DNA of 64,000 nucleotides from Eremomyces bilateralis CBS 781.70 (GCA_010015585.1 ML975152.1); one strand, 5' to 3'; numbered from the stretch's first letter, positions 26,001-39,214 are shown. Notes: generated by a model from the sequence alone, not told the origin. Program-made: numbers and translations.

Positions 26001-29000
26001 CCGATCACATTTCCGAAGGGTGTTTGGCGGTTGGCCTAGGAGCCTAAGACGGAGCGGAGGGACTTGACCGAGAGACTGGCACCAGGCACATGCAGTGCCG
26101 ACTGGTGATTCATTATTGCCCGCGCTGTTGTGCAAGAATGCGCCGATTGTGAAAGGGTAAGAAAGTTGAAGTCATGCTAGGTTTCAGACCGGTTCTTAAA
26201 TTTGTATGGCATGTTGGCAAGGCGTTTCTAGGTTGTGATACTATGTACCGTACCGGTACCGATGAATGGCCATGTGCAAGGTACCCGGTATGGTAGTACT
26301 CCATTCCGATAACTTTGTAAGATAATGGTTCCGGTACTCCGTAGGCGGTAACAATTAGCACCGGCATCTGGTATCAGGCTCAGGGCTTACCCGCGCCATT
26401 CCAGATCCAAACGAATAAAAGACAAGTGATTGCGATAGGAGATCGATTTGGCGTTTCATGGATCCATCGAGTTACTCGAGCATCATCCATGGTTTCCCCT
26501 GACTTCGCAATCCAGCACATGAAGTGCTTCATCTGATCATCTCCCAATCTCCCTTGGCCATGTCGTGTCCAGTGGATGTGCGACTGCAATTATTGGCTTT
26601 TGGAGATTGATTGTACCTTGCTCTGTTCCTCTAAGAATAGTAAGCATGTCCAGCGCGGTGCGCACCCGTTCGTCATGCAATTCCTTGGGTCCAGTGCCGC
26701 ACTGCCGCTTGAGATATTCAATGCGACCCATGTCGCATCCATCTCGGTTAAAGGATGGGCTGCAAGATGACAAGATGACAAGACGATCTCCCAACGACGA
26801 TCCTCCATATCCGGTATGAATCCAGATAATTGGTCTCCGAGAGTCCACAGTAGCTCTCCAGGAGTCCAAGGGTCGTGATGTGTGCTTTGCTCCGTGGAGG
26901 TATTGATCGACAATTCATCGTCCCTAAAATTCGCTCCAGAGGGCCAGACCATTCCTCTTGCTGCTGGTGAGGACAGAAAGGAGCATAGCATCGCTTTCAC
27001 TACCCAGGATACCTCCAACGGTATCCTGAATAGGAAGTGTCACCGAGCTTCAACCTCTGCACTCATGAACTTAAGAAAATAGCCCATCCTACGACCTACG
27101 ACCATCAAAAGTCTCCATACCAGAAATGAAGTTGGCCCATATATCTAATCCAACTTTGGCGACCCTTCAGGATACAAGAGATCTACTATGTACCATCTGA
27201 TTGCTTCAACATCTCGTGATAACAAAAGCAAGTACACGATTAGTTGCCCATCACCACTTCGGCAGTGCCGAACCATCGAAGACGGAAAAACACGCCGAAG
27301 CTGAAATTAGGCTCGCGCGTGTTCAGATCACAGATGTGACAAGTGATAAACTTACTGGACTTGGCTGGTGTGTAGCCACAAAGGACAGCCGTTAGACCCA
27401 GCCGCGAGCCGCGCCGCTGGAGGCGGACAACTGTGACTTGTGGGTCCATGCTGAGTCGCGACCAAACTGTGCAAGAAACTCGATAATCATCGCTTGTTTG
27501 AGTGTTGCTTGACGCCGATCCGAAGCGAAGGAATCCAGCTGCAGTTTAATACACCCGGTATCGGTTCCTGATGCCCCCGCGGAATTAATTCGCTGCTTTT
27601 CGGCATGCTTTGACTCGAGGATCGGAGAATGGACGCCGTTCTCCTTGCCCCGCAATATCGAATGGTGTCCCCTTTCCAACCAAGGGGCAAGAAAGACGCG
27701 AGGAGGGGGCTAGGTTTGCCGCAGTCCGCAACGATGGTAAATCTATGTGCCCTAAAAATCTCTGAGCTTCCGATCGAGATGCAAATCTGCAGGCAAAAGT
27801 GTAAATTCTGCAGGGAGGTCCTTGCAAGTTGCATGATGAAATCAGATGCGTCTACGGCGTATTCACCTTGTCCGGTCAGGGTTGACTACCATCCACTGAC
27901 AACAGTGGACGCCCCTCTGCGGACGTCACCGATAGCACCAAGGTTTGCTTGACCAAAGCAAGAAGGGTGAGGACTTGAAGTACTTTGTGAATCTAACCAC
28001 ATGTAAGCTGTAACTAAGACTTAAAAATAATAGTAAAGTAGCGGACTTTGCAGAAGATAAGCTCCATACAAGCCCAGCACCCAGCATGTTGGAGTCTCAA
28101 TGGGAAATCAGTGGAGTACAACTCATACGAGGAGACACGCACCTATCCATGAAATTGCTCGACGCTCACAGCTACCCTTACGCCTGAAGGCTGAAATCCT
28201 GAATGCGCCCAATTGTGATAACCAACCCGGAGATTTGGTCCCTTGGGACAGATCATCATAACATGACTCTGAGGTTCACTTAACTTCTCAGCATGCCGTA
28301 TCGGCTTCGAGTCAGACTTGTGTCACCCAGAACACCCTGGTTGTGTGACCTGTCCGAGTTGAACGAATCACCGCCTTCTCAGAGATTCAGAGTCGAACAC
28401 TGTTCCAATTTCAAGGGGCAAGTTGAACCGTCCAAAAGGGCCCTATCCCTGGATAGTTAAGTGGATATTATGAAGGAATGGAGCACTGAACAGTGGTCTC
28501 ATTCCCGATGCGATCTCAGATTTTGACAAGAAACGGTAGTGGGAAGTGGGAACCACGATGACGGGCCGGAACCTGGTTGATGTAGGCACTTCTCCGGCGG
28601 TCACTATTGTCAAAATTAATATGTTCGCAGCTCAGTGCACGTCAGGTCTCAGAAGGCGACGTTATCCTAGCTCTTTCGCTTGCCGATTTCTTGCTTGAGG
28701 GCGAGGAGACGAGGAGTCGAGGACCCAATCCGGAGGTGGTGTGGGATCTCCCAACTGCAGTATGCGATTGTACACCCCAGCTGCCGCAGTGCGGCGGCTG
28801 AAAGATACATCACTTATTCAATAATGGTGGCGCTTGCATTTGACAAGGCCGGAACCCTCACAGCCTGGCTTGCCAGTTGCCGGTGTGCAGCGAAAATGCG
28901 AAGTTGACTCAAGTCGTACGATGTCGCCGCGTTCGCCCTGGTCGATGTTGTACAAGATGGTGTGGAGCCTGGTTCAATGTGAAATTGGCCTAAATACCCG

Positions 29001-32000
29001 TATCTTGGAGCTTCAACTATTCGTCCCTTGTTGAGTGGGTGACTGAATTCATGGTGCACTTGGGAAATCCTTGGGTGACGAAACAGAACTTATCTCTTCA
29101 TTTTTCCCTGTGGAGGTACAAGACGATGATGCTTCCTCAAATTACACCTGCGATGCCTATCGGTGATCATCTACACTAATAGGTGAGGACTAGTGTCCTT
29201 ATGATACAGTACATCTACTCTTACTACTCGGTATCTGTAAGTACTAATTACCTACTCTATGAAACGGGATGTCAAAGTCTATCAAAGTCAATGCCATGCT
29301 CAACTTCTTCACTGGATGAGCATCTTCCAACACGACCACTTCTCAATGCAAGCACTCAAGAAAGCCCCAAAGCACTATCACGCCATCAGAATCATCTGTC
29401 TAGAATCATGGTCAATTCCCAATTTTGTCTGGAGGATGAGGAGTCTTCCCGATATGCAATCCGTCTCTTATTCGCAGGATGACCTGTCAGCACATGTGGC
29501 CTCAAGATGTGGCCTCAAGCCTTCAATATCTGGGCTTTTGTTTATTCTTCCGCTGCGTGCGGTTCTCCGGCTGAAAGAGCCCTTTCAAGCCATCTACCAC
29601 GTGTTTTCTCTTGTGGCACTCTCTGCATGGTGCACACACTTCTAGTCCACAGTGCTCAGCTGCCTATCAACCTGCTAAATCCATTCAAGCTGTTCCCTTG
29701 ACGGAGCAAGCTATGAAGTCATCGCCTCGGAAGGATGAGCCACCAGAGTACAAGCTAACTATCATTGGCTTCCCGCCTATTTCATGCTGTGCATCCCCCA
29801 AAGCAGTCAGGAATGATTGGGTCAGGTTGAATCATGGTGGTTTCGCCGTGAAGAGATCAAGAGATCAATTGCGGGCTCGCTACGCTCCAGACATCTCCGA
29901 TCAAGCAAAAAGAGGCACTAGCTTATTCGCCTGTTGGGCGATATGATAGTTCAAATCGGTATACTGCAACGTGAGGTAAATCTAAGAGGAAAGTGGTACA
30001 GACGGCCATGGACGATTCCTCTCGGACTTCCGTTTACCTCGCGCGGGCTCAAGTTTCTCTTCCGTAGCGGAATTTTGTGTCCGATATTTTACTCAAGCGA
30101 TCACATATGGTCAAAGAGCTGGGATCTGGGGAAGCACAATCGGATTGCAGTCTCCAAGGCCACCGCGTTTCCCATGGTACGGATCTTTGTGTGACGGTCG
30201 TGCGATGACGGTCCTGATCAGATCGGTTCCGCCGTCAGCCGTCCACCCAGAGGCCACGAACCCGTGATACGGACAGCACATGTGGTTGTACCACATTCCC
30301 GGAGCGCATGCTGCGAATTTCTCTATGTCCTACGCACTGACGGAACGCGGAATGAGATTCGTTCCTCTCGATCGCGGTGCCACCACCTGAAATGGGATAG
30401 GAGGCGCCTGGGACGCCTGTGTTACTCGTTCATGACCGGTTCGAAGTCCAGCTGTTCACGCTGTGGCACGGAATCGGATGCTGTGTTGACGGTACTGATG
30501 CCCATGTGGGTTGCGGACGGATGGATACCGACTGGAGACTATTCATCTTTCCATATATTTTGTTCTTGCCATTGATAAGTCGGACGGAGGATAGATGTGC
30601 GAGCCCAACTGTCTCCAATAGAGCTGGGCAAATGATGGGCTCGTTGAGGCGATTGTTATATCTCTATCGTATGTCTCCCGATCTTTTCCTCCGGTTCCTG
30701 GAAGTTTGTTCTTTGTATGCACTGAACCGCTCTCCCCATATCCGATATACGCATAGAAAGTCCAACTCCAGTACCCTTTCCCGACTGCTACAGATGATCC
30801 ACATCAGATACCGGCTAGTGCCTTTACTCAGCATCACAGGCGTCAACCAAACACTAAATCCTATCCAATTGCCAGACAAGAAAAGTCACGCTTGTAAACT
30901 TTCCTTGACCGTTAATTTCTCCTTGGTGGTATTAGCTGTTCCACATAGATCACCTGCCTTCGAAGTCCAGATCGCCGTGGTGCAGTAGTACGGATGACTG
31001 CCCGGTGACGGGAAAGGTTCACCTTTTAGTAAATTATCACCGATTCGAAGCGGGAAGAACCACCAATGGCGTTTTATGCGCAATCGTACAATTACTTCTT
31101 CTTCTCATAGTTCTTGCTTTCAACCAAGATCTTGTCAGAACACGAAAGGTATAGAACAGTCCCGCTATTGGGAGGAAGGCAACTCGACGGGGTATCTTGC
31201 CTGGGCTCGGCTCCTGATGATTATATACGGTCCGTTGGGCAGCATAAACAGTAAATCGCACTAGATTACCAACATGAAGTCCAGCACGACGTGGAGTTCA
31301 TGGTTTGGGTGGAGGCGACTGGGAATCTTGATCGCTTATTCCCAATTCCCGGACACCATCATCACGACGGACCGAACCTGATCTGATCTAAATTCTTATA
31401 CTCCCTACAAGGTGTTGTATAATAGCTATGGCGTCCAAATGCCCCCCAAACAAAGACTACAGAGTACCCATTGTCCAAGGCAAGAATTGATTATTACTGT
31501 ATCCATAGGGCATTGCGGAGGACTTGACTAGGAATTAGTCTGGCTGTGTAGTCCAACGACCCGGCCGGTCGACCGTCTCCGTGACGCAAGCCGCTGTCGC
31601 AAAACACATCGTCGTCGGGATGGCGTCCAGTGGATTTATTTCGAATTCTCGATACTAGCACCCGACACGGCCCTGGCGCATTGGTCTAGCCTAGCGTCCC
31701 CCGCTTCCCACTCGTCTGATTTTTGCCACTTCTGACAAGTGATGATGTGACGGCGGACGGGTAGAGTCTTCCCTAGTTCCCTTCGAAATTCGACCACACG
31801 TCCCCTTCTCTGAATGCTCTCCAATTACCTAGAAACCTGTTGAAGCAGCCCAGCAGCCTAGTACTACCCAGTACTTCATTAAGTTGGTACAATACTAGCC
31901 TGACGGAGTATTGCTGTGTATTATTCTGTATCCAGTATCCATCCTACGCCCCGCCGCACTCCACGGTAATTAAGACCGGTCCAGGACCCCCAATCGCCCA

Positions 32001-32740
32001 TCGCTCCCGAAGCCCCGAGCCATCCTCCTGCAAGAATCAGCAGAATATCAGGAGATCTCTCTTTCGCCCAGCTCCCCAAAGCCCACCCAAATCCCAATCC
32101 ATCTTTTGAAGTCAAACTGTGTTTGCGCGGATCCAATTACGAGACGAGGGCCTGGACCGCATCCTCATCCCAGCCCACGAGAAACTATCGCCAACGGCGA
32201 ATCGGCCCACGCCCCCTCCCTTTGCGGTCTGACATGACCACGTTTGTTCCGAAATCCCATTGCCCACCTCGCCGCCTCGTGTGCGTGCATACCCAGTAGA
32301 CCAGAGCTCATCTGAGGCTTGGTCCTAATTTGGGCCGTGGGTTGTGTTACACCTGACATCGCTGTCCTTCTGCTGGTATGTCGCCCTCCGCCTTTTCCTT
32401 GACCAGTCTTTGATGGACGATTTCCTCATCGCAGTTACCATTGCGCTCGTGCTCATTCTCATGGATGCGGCTGATAAGTGGTGGACCGCTACCTCCTCAT
32501 CGGAGCAGAATGCTCTTGGGGAGGATGCTTTTGAAATTGAGAATATCGCTGTATGTGGTAGATGCATCACGGTGTTCTGGAGGATGGAGTTATATATATT
32601 TCCGACCACATGTGCTGACCTGCTTGCTCCATTTATAGGTCGGCCCGTACTGTGTCATTGATACGTTCCACCATCCTCACGTAGCCCCGACAGAATCGAC
32701 AGATCCATATCAAGGCCGCCCGAAGAATACAGGGAAGGGG

Positions 32741-35700
32741 ATGGACGAGCCTGTGGTGACCAGCGCCGATCAATATGGATCGACCCAGGCCCCATGGATC
32801 TCCGAGGATATGACCTCGACGGCTTGGGACAGCTGGATGCAATGGGATGGGTCGGATCCATCAGTGCCTATGAAGACCTTCAACCCTCAAGCTTCGTATA
32901 GCGCTCCGCTGGAGCCGACAACGCAACCTCAATCGTCGCAAGGCTTTTCGGGGGACACGCCGAATATGCTCCCAACTACTACGTCAGGATCGATCACTTA
33001 CTTTGGACAGCCTCTGCGCAGTCCTCACCAGTTTGAATTCCAGGCGTCATCGTCGGCTCCGAACGTCTCCGCTGGAGCGACTATAGGGGCTTCACTTCCA
33101 AGGGATCCAACCTGGCCCTCCGATGAGCGTCTCAACGGCTCCGTATCGCCATCCTTAATTACGAAGTTCCTCGAACCCGAAACTCTATCGGCCCCTCAAT
33201 ATCCTCACGTCTCTCCTCCGTCACGGTCATTATCAACGCCCAGCCTTCAACACAGCCCTCAGGACCGCCCCAGCTCATCCCATTCCGAGGCATCATCGCA
33301 AAACTCGACATCGGAGCCTGTGTCGCAGTCAAAGACCCGGAAGCGGAAAATATCAGGCGACCAGGACTCCTCGGACAATAGAACCGACAAGAACCAGCCG
33401 GTCAAGAAAACCGCCCATAACATGATCGAGAAGCGATACCGAAATAACCTCAATGACAAGATCGCGGCCCTTCGAGATAGTGTACCAAGTCTTCGCGTCA
33501 TGAGCCGAACTAATGACAGCAAAGACGAGGATGAGACGGAAGATTTAGAAGGGTTGACTCCGGCTCACAAGCTGAATAAAGCGACCGTCTTGTCCAAAGC
33601 TACCGAGTATATTCGCCATCTTGAAAAGAGCAATAAGCGCCTTTCCGATGAGATGGCGACCCTTCGAGCACGGCTAGATACGTATGATCGGCTTGCGACG
33701 ACCGCACCGTTGACCTTCAACCCCTCAGTTACGGGCACACCGGGATCCCACCAATTTCCCGAAGATGCTTTCTCGCCAAAGTCGAGCGCGCTGTCGACAC
33801 AAGCTCCCCAGCGGCCTCCTCAGGGCATGATTCCTCTGCCAGAAAGCATGATCAACCTGCATCGAGCCGCGATGAGCCAGGCTCATTATGCCCAACAACA
33901 AGCAGGATATCCGCAATATAGTGCTGCACCCGACCATTCGAATGCTCCGCCGCAACCTGGAATGCCGGCTGGCCGTGGATACTCGTTCGGGAATAAACTG
34001 ATTGTAGGATCGCTTGCTGGTATCATGATCCTCGAAGGATTCTCTGAGAGCGAGTCCGAGAGCGAGGGTACAGAAGCACGAGGATTGATGGCGCTGCCGA
34101 TGCAGCTTCTGAACATGCCCGGTATTCCCGCGTCCTTTGGCGGCCCGTCGGCGGTGTACTTCAAGCTTGCGAAGAGCATGTTGGTCTTCTGTGCCGTCGT
34201 TTACCTCTTGTTGCCGTTGTTCGATTTCAAACCGAAACCCAAACGGAAAACCATCGCCCCCATCCGACTGGCACCCGCTCCATCGTCGGCTTCGCCCGTC
34301 GAGGTCCGACAAATGGCCTGGCTGACGGCCATCCAAACGGTCTGGGTCCCACAGCATAGTTTCTTCCTGGAAGTAGCGGCTTTAGGTCTCAAGACGCTGA
34401 AGCTCAGCACACGCAAGCTGATCGGCTGGCATGGCTATGCTTTACTCACCGGCATCACAAAAGAGCAGGAGCTCGCTCGCGTCAAGGCATGGGAAATCGC
34501 ATTGGACTCTCAACTCACCGGGGGGGACGCGGAGATTAGCATGAGCCGCCTGGTGCTCACGCTCGTGGCGTCGGCGACGTTGCCTAGCACGCCAGAGCGC
34601 CTGATGCTCAAGGCCCTGCACATTCGCGTGCTGCTGTGGGAGGTTGCCAACGCCGGCTACGGTGCGTGGTATATGTTCGAAGAGCTTAGTGCGAAGCTGG
34701 CTCGAGGCTATTGGAAGGCCGCGCTTGCCGACATCTCCGTTTCGAACGGGTTGGGGAAAGATGGTCGCGAGGGTGATGCGGCGTTGCCGGATCACCTTAT
34801 CGCGCTTCTCGAGCAACCCTGCGACGATGTCTTGGTCCAGCCGATTGTCCAGCGGGCATATAACCTCGCGTGGAATAAACCTCGTGATGTCTCGAGTCGG
34901 TGTGTCGACGACCTAATGGACAGCGTGATCGAAGATTTCTCCATCTCATCCCCCCTCGACGCCCTAGCAGCATGGTGGTCAAGCCTCGCGCTCAACAAGG
35001 CCCTCTGCATTTTCCTCGACCCTTCTCCCACCCCGACCTTATCCACCTCCCCCACCTCCTCCACCTCACCAAGCTCCACATCCTCGTCCTCCTCCATCAT
35101 CCACCACCTCGACCTCGCCATCCGCACCGCCCCCCCGGGTTCCACCGCACACATCCGCGCCCTCGTCGCCCGCACCATCCTCGACAACCACGATCCCCGC
35201 GCCTCTATCTCCGCCGCCCTCTCCGCCCTTCCGCCCTCCCCATCCCCCTTCCCCCTTTCAACCCTCGTCATCAACGCTATCTCCCCCCGCCCCGTTGCCC
35301 TCGACGTCCGCGTCGCCCTCACCCTCGCCAAGTGCCTTTGCCTCGCTGAAACCCCCCACTCACCAATCCATCACTCCGCCGCCGCCGACGACGCGCGCGC
35401 GCGCGCCGCTGCGGTGGTCAACTCGCCGCTGGTGGCGCGCCCGGACGAGTTCACGCTGCTGTCGTTCGTGGCGGCGTATACGGTGCTGAACGCGTTCGTA
35501 GAGGACGCGGGGATGTTAGGTCGGTGTAGGGCGGGGCTGGAGCGGTGGGCTGGGGCGCTAAGGGTGTGGGTTGGGGGGCCGAGCGGGGCACGGATCGGGC
35601 TGGGGGAGGGAGGGAGGGAGAGGGTAGTGGAGAGGTGTATTGCGGTGAGTCGGGTGTTGGTGGGGGTGGAGGAGGAGAAGGAGGGAGTGGAGGAGGAGAT

Positions 35701-35758
35701 TGATGCGGGGTATGCGAGTCTGGAGGAGGGGGAGGTGCCGGGCGTGGAGGCGCTGTGA
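32741..35758 (+). CDS. srbA: Sterol regulatory element-binding protein (bHLH, TM segment, DUF2014-type C-terminus)
   Basis: KKTAHNMIEKRYRNNLNDKI with the SREBP-specific Tyr, KLNKATVLSKATEYI, hydrophobic GSLAGIMILEG and SPLDALAAWWSS; 1005 aa uninterrupted ORF. Confidence 0.92.
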   Translation: MDEPVVTSADQYGSTQAPWISEDMTSTAWDSWMQWDGSDPSVPMKTFNPQASYSAPLEPTTQPQSSQGFSGDTPNMLPTTTSGSITYFGQPLRSPHQFEFQASSSAPNVSAGATIGASLPRDPTWPSDERLNGSVSPSLITKFLEPETLSAPQYPHVSPPSRSLSTPSLQHSPQDRPSSSHSEASSQNSTSEPVSQSKTRKRKISGDQDSSDNRTDKNQPVKKTAHNMIEKRYRNNLNDKIAALRDSVPSLRVMSRTNDSKDEDETEDLEGLTPAHKLNKATVLSKATEYIRHLEKSNKRLSDEMATLRARLDTYDRLATTAPLTFNPSVTGTPGSHQFPEDAFSPKSSALSTQAPQRPPQGMIPLPESMINLHRAAMSQAHYAQQQAGYPQYSAAPDHSNAPPQPGMPAGRGYSFGNKLIVGSLAGIMILEGFSESESESEGTEARGLMALPMQLLNMPGIPASFGGPSAVYFKLAKSMLVFCAVVYLLLPLFDFKPKPKRKTIAPIRLAPAPSSASPVEVRQMAWLTAIQTVWVPQHSFFLEVAALGLKTLKLSTRKLIGWHGYALLTGITKEQELARVKAWEIALDSQLTGGDAEISMSRLVLTLVASATLPSTPERLMLKALHIRVLLWEVANAGYGAWYMFEELSAKLARGYWKAALADISVSNGLGKDGREGDAALPDHLIALLEQPCDDVLVQPIVQRAYNLAWNKPRDVSSRCVDDLMDSVIEDFSISSPLDALAAWWSSLALNKALCIFLDPSPTPTLSTSPTSSTSPSSTSSSSSIIHHLDLAIRTAPPGSTAHIRALVARTILDNHDPRASISAALSALPPSPSPFPLSTLVINAISPRPVALDVRVALTLAKCLCLAETPHSPIHHSAAADDARARAAAVVNSPLVARPDEFTLLSFVAAYTVLNAFVEDAGMLGRCRAGLERWAGALRVWVGGPSGARIGLGEGGRERVVERCIAVSRVLVGVEEEKEGVEEEIDAGYASLEEGEVPGVEAL

Positions 35759-38700
35759 ATGAGGTAGGGCCATGAAGCCAACGAGTTGACTACTTTGTTT
35801 ATTTGTTTTATGCATGCGGCGGGAAAGCGAATCGTGCGGGTTTCTGCAATTCAGCGGCAACCATCAGGAGGCAGGCTTTCGTCCCAGCGTTTTTCTTTCG
35901 TGCCACGCACGAGCCGGATGGTCGGAGAATATGATATGATGGGTTTTCCTGAGGGACATCCGAGGATCAGGTCACGACATTTCCGAACTGGACGAGAGAG
36001 ACTGAACTATCACAGAGACGTTTTTTTAATCGCAGCAGGGACATACGGGGACCGTTTTGGGGGTCGGCGGTCAACCGGATCTTTTCACTCAATACTTGTA
36101 CATAATACAGACAGACGGAATTTGTGTATACCCATAGATCGGCGAAATTCCAATCTATCAGCGACCGGTGTGCCGTGGAGGTAACGGGACTACTACTATT
36201 ACTGAAGAGATCTCGATTATGACCTGCGTGGATGGTTTCGACTGGACGACATCAAAGTTGTGATATTGAGGTCTCGGGGTTGGGAGCCATCCTGGTCGAT
36301 GGTCCACATCGACGAGTGAAGTTCCCTCTTGGGACTCTACATTATTCCCTGGCTCTGTCCTACTGGACTCGAGTATGTGAGACATTAAGACGGCATATTA
36401 TCGTCAGTATCGACTGGTCGCACGGCCGTCGATTTGTCTCCTCCGTCAGCCCTACGGTACGTTGTCGACGATCGGCATGGCGGGGACCGACGAGACGAGG
36501 GTTTCGAACGCCAACTGAAACGTCCGCCGCTGGACGGTCAAGTCTCGTTCGGTTTTACCGTCTGTGGAAAAGGAGAAGATGTGAATCGGATAATGGATGA
36601 TCGATTTATCTTTTCAAATGAAGACTTCTCCGGAGTGGCAGGCTGCATGGACGCTGGTCACGGATAGGCAGAGCACGGTTATTCGCATCGAGGTGCCAAA
36701 CGTGCCGGACCTGTGTATGAACTATTATGGAGTCCGAAATATATTAATATTTCAGTTCGCACACGGACCTGACGATTGTTCGACGAGTGAGACCAAACCT
36801 AACACGGTTAGGGAACCCAAGTGTCAAGTGGCCAGTGGCCATGGTCGTCTCCGGTTGATGAGGATAGATGCGGAGTAGGCACCGGACCGTTCGGAACTCA
36901 GATATGGTTCCGGTTGATACTCGTGCTTGAGCTTGAGGAATTAGCAGCCCGATGTCCGGAGGGTGTCCTGCGTCCGGTCTCAAGCAATATCCCGTATATT
37001 ATAATTGATTGTCTCACCTCGTATGAATACAGGAGATGAGGAGATGCATTCGCAGAGCATGAAGACGTTCGCCAATGTGTGTTCCGAACCATCTCTCCGC
37101 CGACCGGATCTAAGGTTCTGATAAACCACGTTTCGGAACGTGGCATACCCAGTGTTTGGGACTTGGGGTCTCGGTTGCGGATAGAGAGCAGGGGCGGGAG
37201 CAACGGAATGGAGTTCGAACCTCATGGTGGCGGTAGGACATCGGTCGGGTCTATCTGTCCCGTTCCCTCGTGCACCTCATGCCTGATGCCAGGCAGCAAG
37301 TCGATTTCTCCTTCGTCCTCACTTCGTCCGATGGTCAATATTTGTCTTGATTTGTGAACTACACTAATCCAAGGGCCACGTTGTCGGCGGGGCACCACCC
37401 CTGACCGTTGGAACGATTCAGGGGCTGATGGGGAACGAAAAACGATGGGTAGTACACACCAGTCACGTGACCATCCCTCGATTCCTATGCGGATCGGCAT
37501 GCTGCATCTCCCTTTGTACCCTCGTTGATCAATGACCAATTGACCATTCATTTTGCAGTTTTCGCAGGCTCTAGTACAAATGAAACGAAGCACGAGTTCG
37601 TAATTACCTGAGGCAGTGGAGCATGACTAAATATATCTCCACTAAATATTCCTCCATGCACTGATTGTTCTCCTTGATCTCTTTGTAGTGGTTCGGTCTT
37701 TGTTGTCTTGCTGGATCGTCGAAAGTATCTGGAGGTCACTAGGCAGTAGGCGGTAGGGACTAGGAAGTAGGCTGTATGCCTGTAGCGCATCTGATAGTTT
37801 TAAGCCTGGTGTTTGGTGTTTGCAGAAAGGGCCGCCAATAGATTAATATTGCAGACTGGTGGGGTTTCTAAGAGGGGCTCCAAGAGGGGCACACCAAGGC
37901 CGGCCATCACAGTCTGACAGGCGCTGTTAGGCGCTCTTAGGCAGTCATTGGCAGTCATTCGGCCCTGACAGGACCCCGACCGTGCTCTAAGTAGGCAATA
38001 ATGGGCTCTCATTGGTCCTTGCCCCCGGACTTGCCCGTGAACAACAGAACAAGCAGTCCAGCAACCCCCGGTGCCGTCCCTTGTCAGCCCGTTCTCCCTT
38101 CCAGCGCCTTTTGGACCATTTCGTTGGGGTCTCCCTCTTTTTGGATTTCGTTCGCCAATCAAACCTGGTTGAATCCCTTGATTGATCCCATTCCCACCAA
38201 TCCGTTGTTAATTACAGGTTAGGCTTGGCCCTTAAGTCTTGTCACGCCTGTCACCTTTGTCCTTGGAGTGCCACTCCTCACCCAGTCTCACTCACCTTGT
38301 CAACTTCGTGTGTTCGTCTTCTTTCTTTCCCTTTCACTTTCTTCTTCTTCAGATCTCATCAACTGCCTTTCACTCCCATCTCCCATCTCCATCTCCTCCA
38401 CTCCATCTCCTCCACTCCATCACACGTCCTCTTCCCCCTCTCGCCTTCTTTTCTTCCCTTCAACCAAACGCCCTCCTTCTTCGTTCGTCATCTTTCGCGC
38501 TTTCTTCTGCCCGAATCCCAATCCATATTTGCGCCCGCATCCCGCCTCGTCGCTCTCTTGTGCTTTGCAGAGCAACCAGCACGCTCCAACATCCATCATC
38601 CATCATCGTCCACTTTGCGATCCTCCATCCCACAAGTTGGTCCGGTGCCCGTTCTTGATTGCATTACATCGGGAATATTCACTTCTGAAAATTCGCTTTT

Positions 38701-39214
38701 TTCCATCCGACCAGTCAATATTTTCGACTCGAACTTCACTTCACCGCTGATTCGACCGGCCTACCGACGACCGTACGTCCTCACCAAGCGAGGAACCACC
38801 ACTGTCTCCAACCCGATCGTCGAAATCACCATACCACTCGATTATCCGTTGGACCATTATTGACAGGTCCGAATCTCCTGGAACCAGTCGGCCGCGTTTT
38901 CGCATCATCGACGTTTAGATACAACCATTGTTTGTCGGCGCTACCCGCCCGTAATCTCTTAATCTCGACCTTGTCGTTGCATTCGACTGCTTCATCGACT
39001 TGTTCGATCGTCCCGATTCCCTATATCCACTTCTCGAACGCCGTCGCACTAGAAGCGATCGCCTCGACCCCGCGGTGTTGATTATCACCACACTTGACTT
39101 GACAGCATCAAGCAATAATAAACCTTTCGCTCATTACCAGCAGCGAACCTCGCCGTTCCTTAATCGAGATTCCTTAATCAGTTTCCCGACGCAACGTGTC
39201 CTTCGACCGATATC

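Noticed and set aside
26380..31400. Many 60-190 aa ORFs in the nsdD-srbA gap
   Set aside because: No motifs, consistent splice structure or codon bias that I could support
35786..37800. Short ORFs downstream of srbA
   Set aside because: No recognisable homology; treated as intergenic or unassignable debris
38225..38863. Overlapping 139-212 aa ORFs
   Set aside because: Non-ATG starts in a CT-rich tract lacking stop codons; best explained as leader sequence
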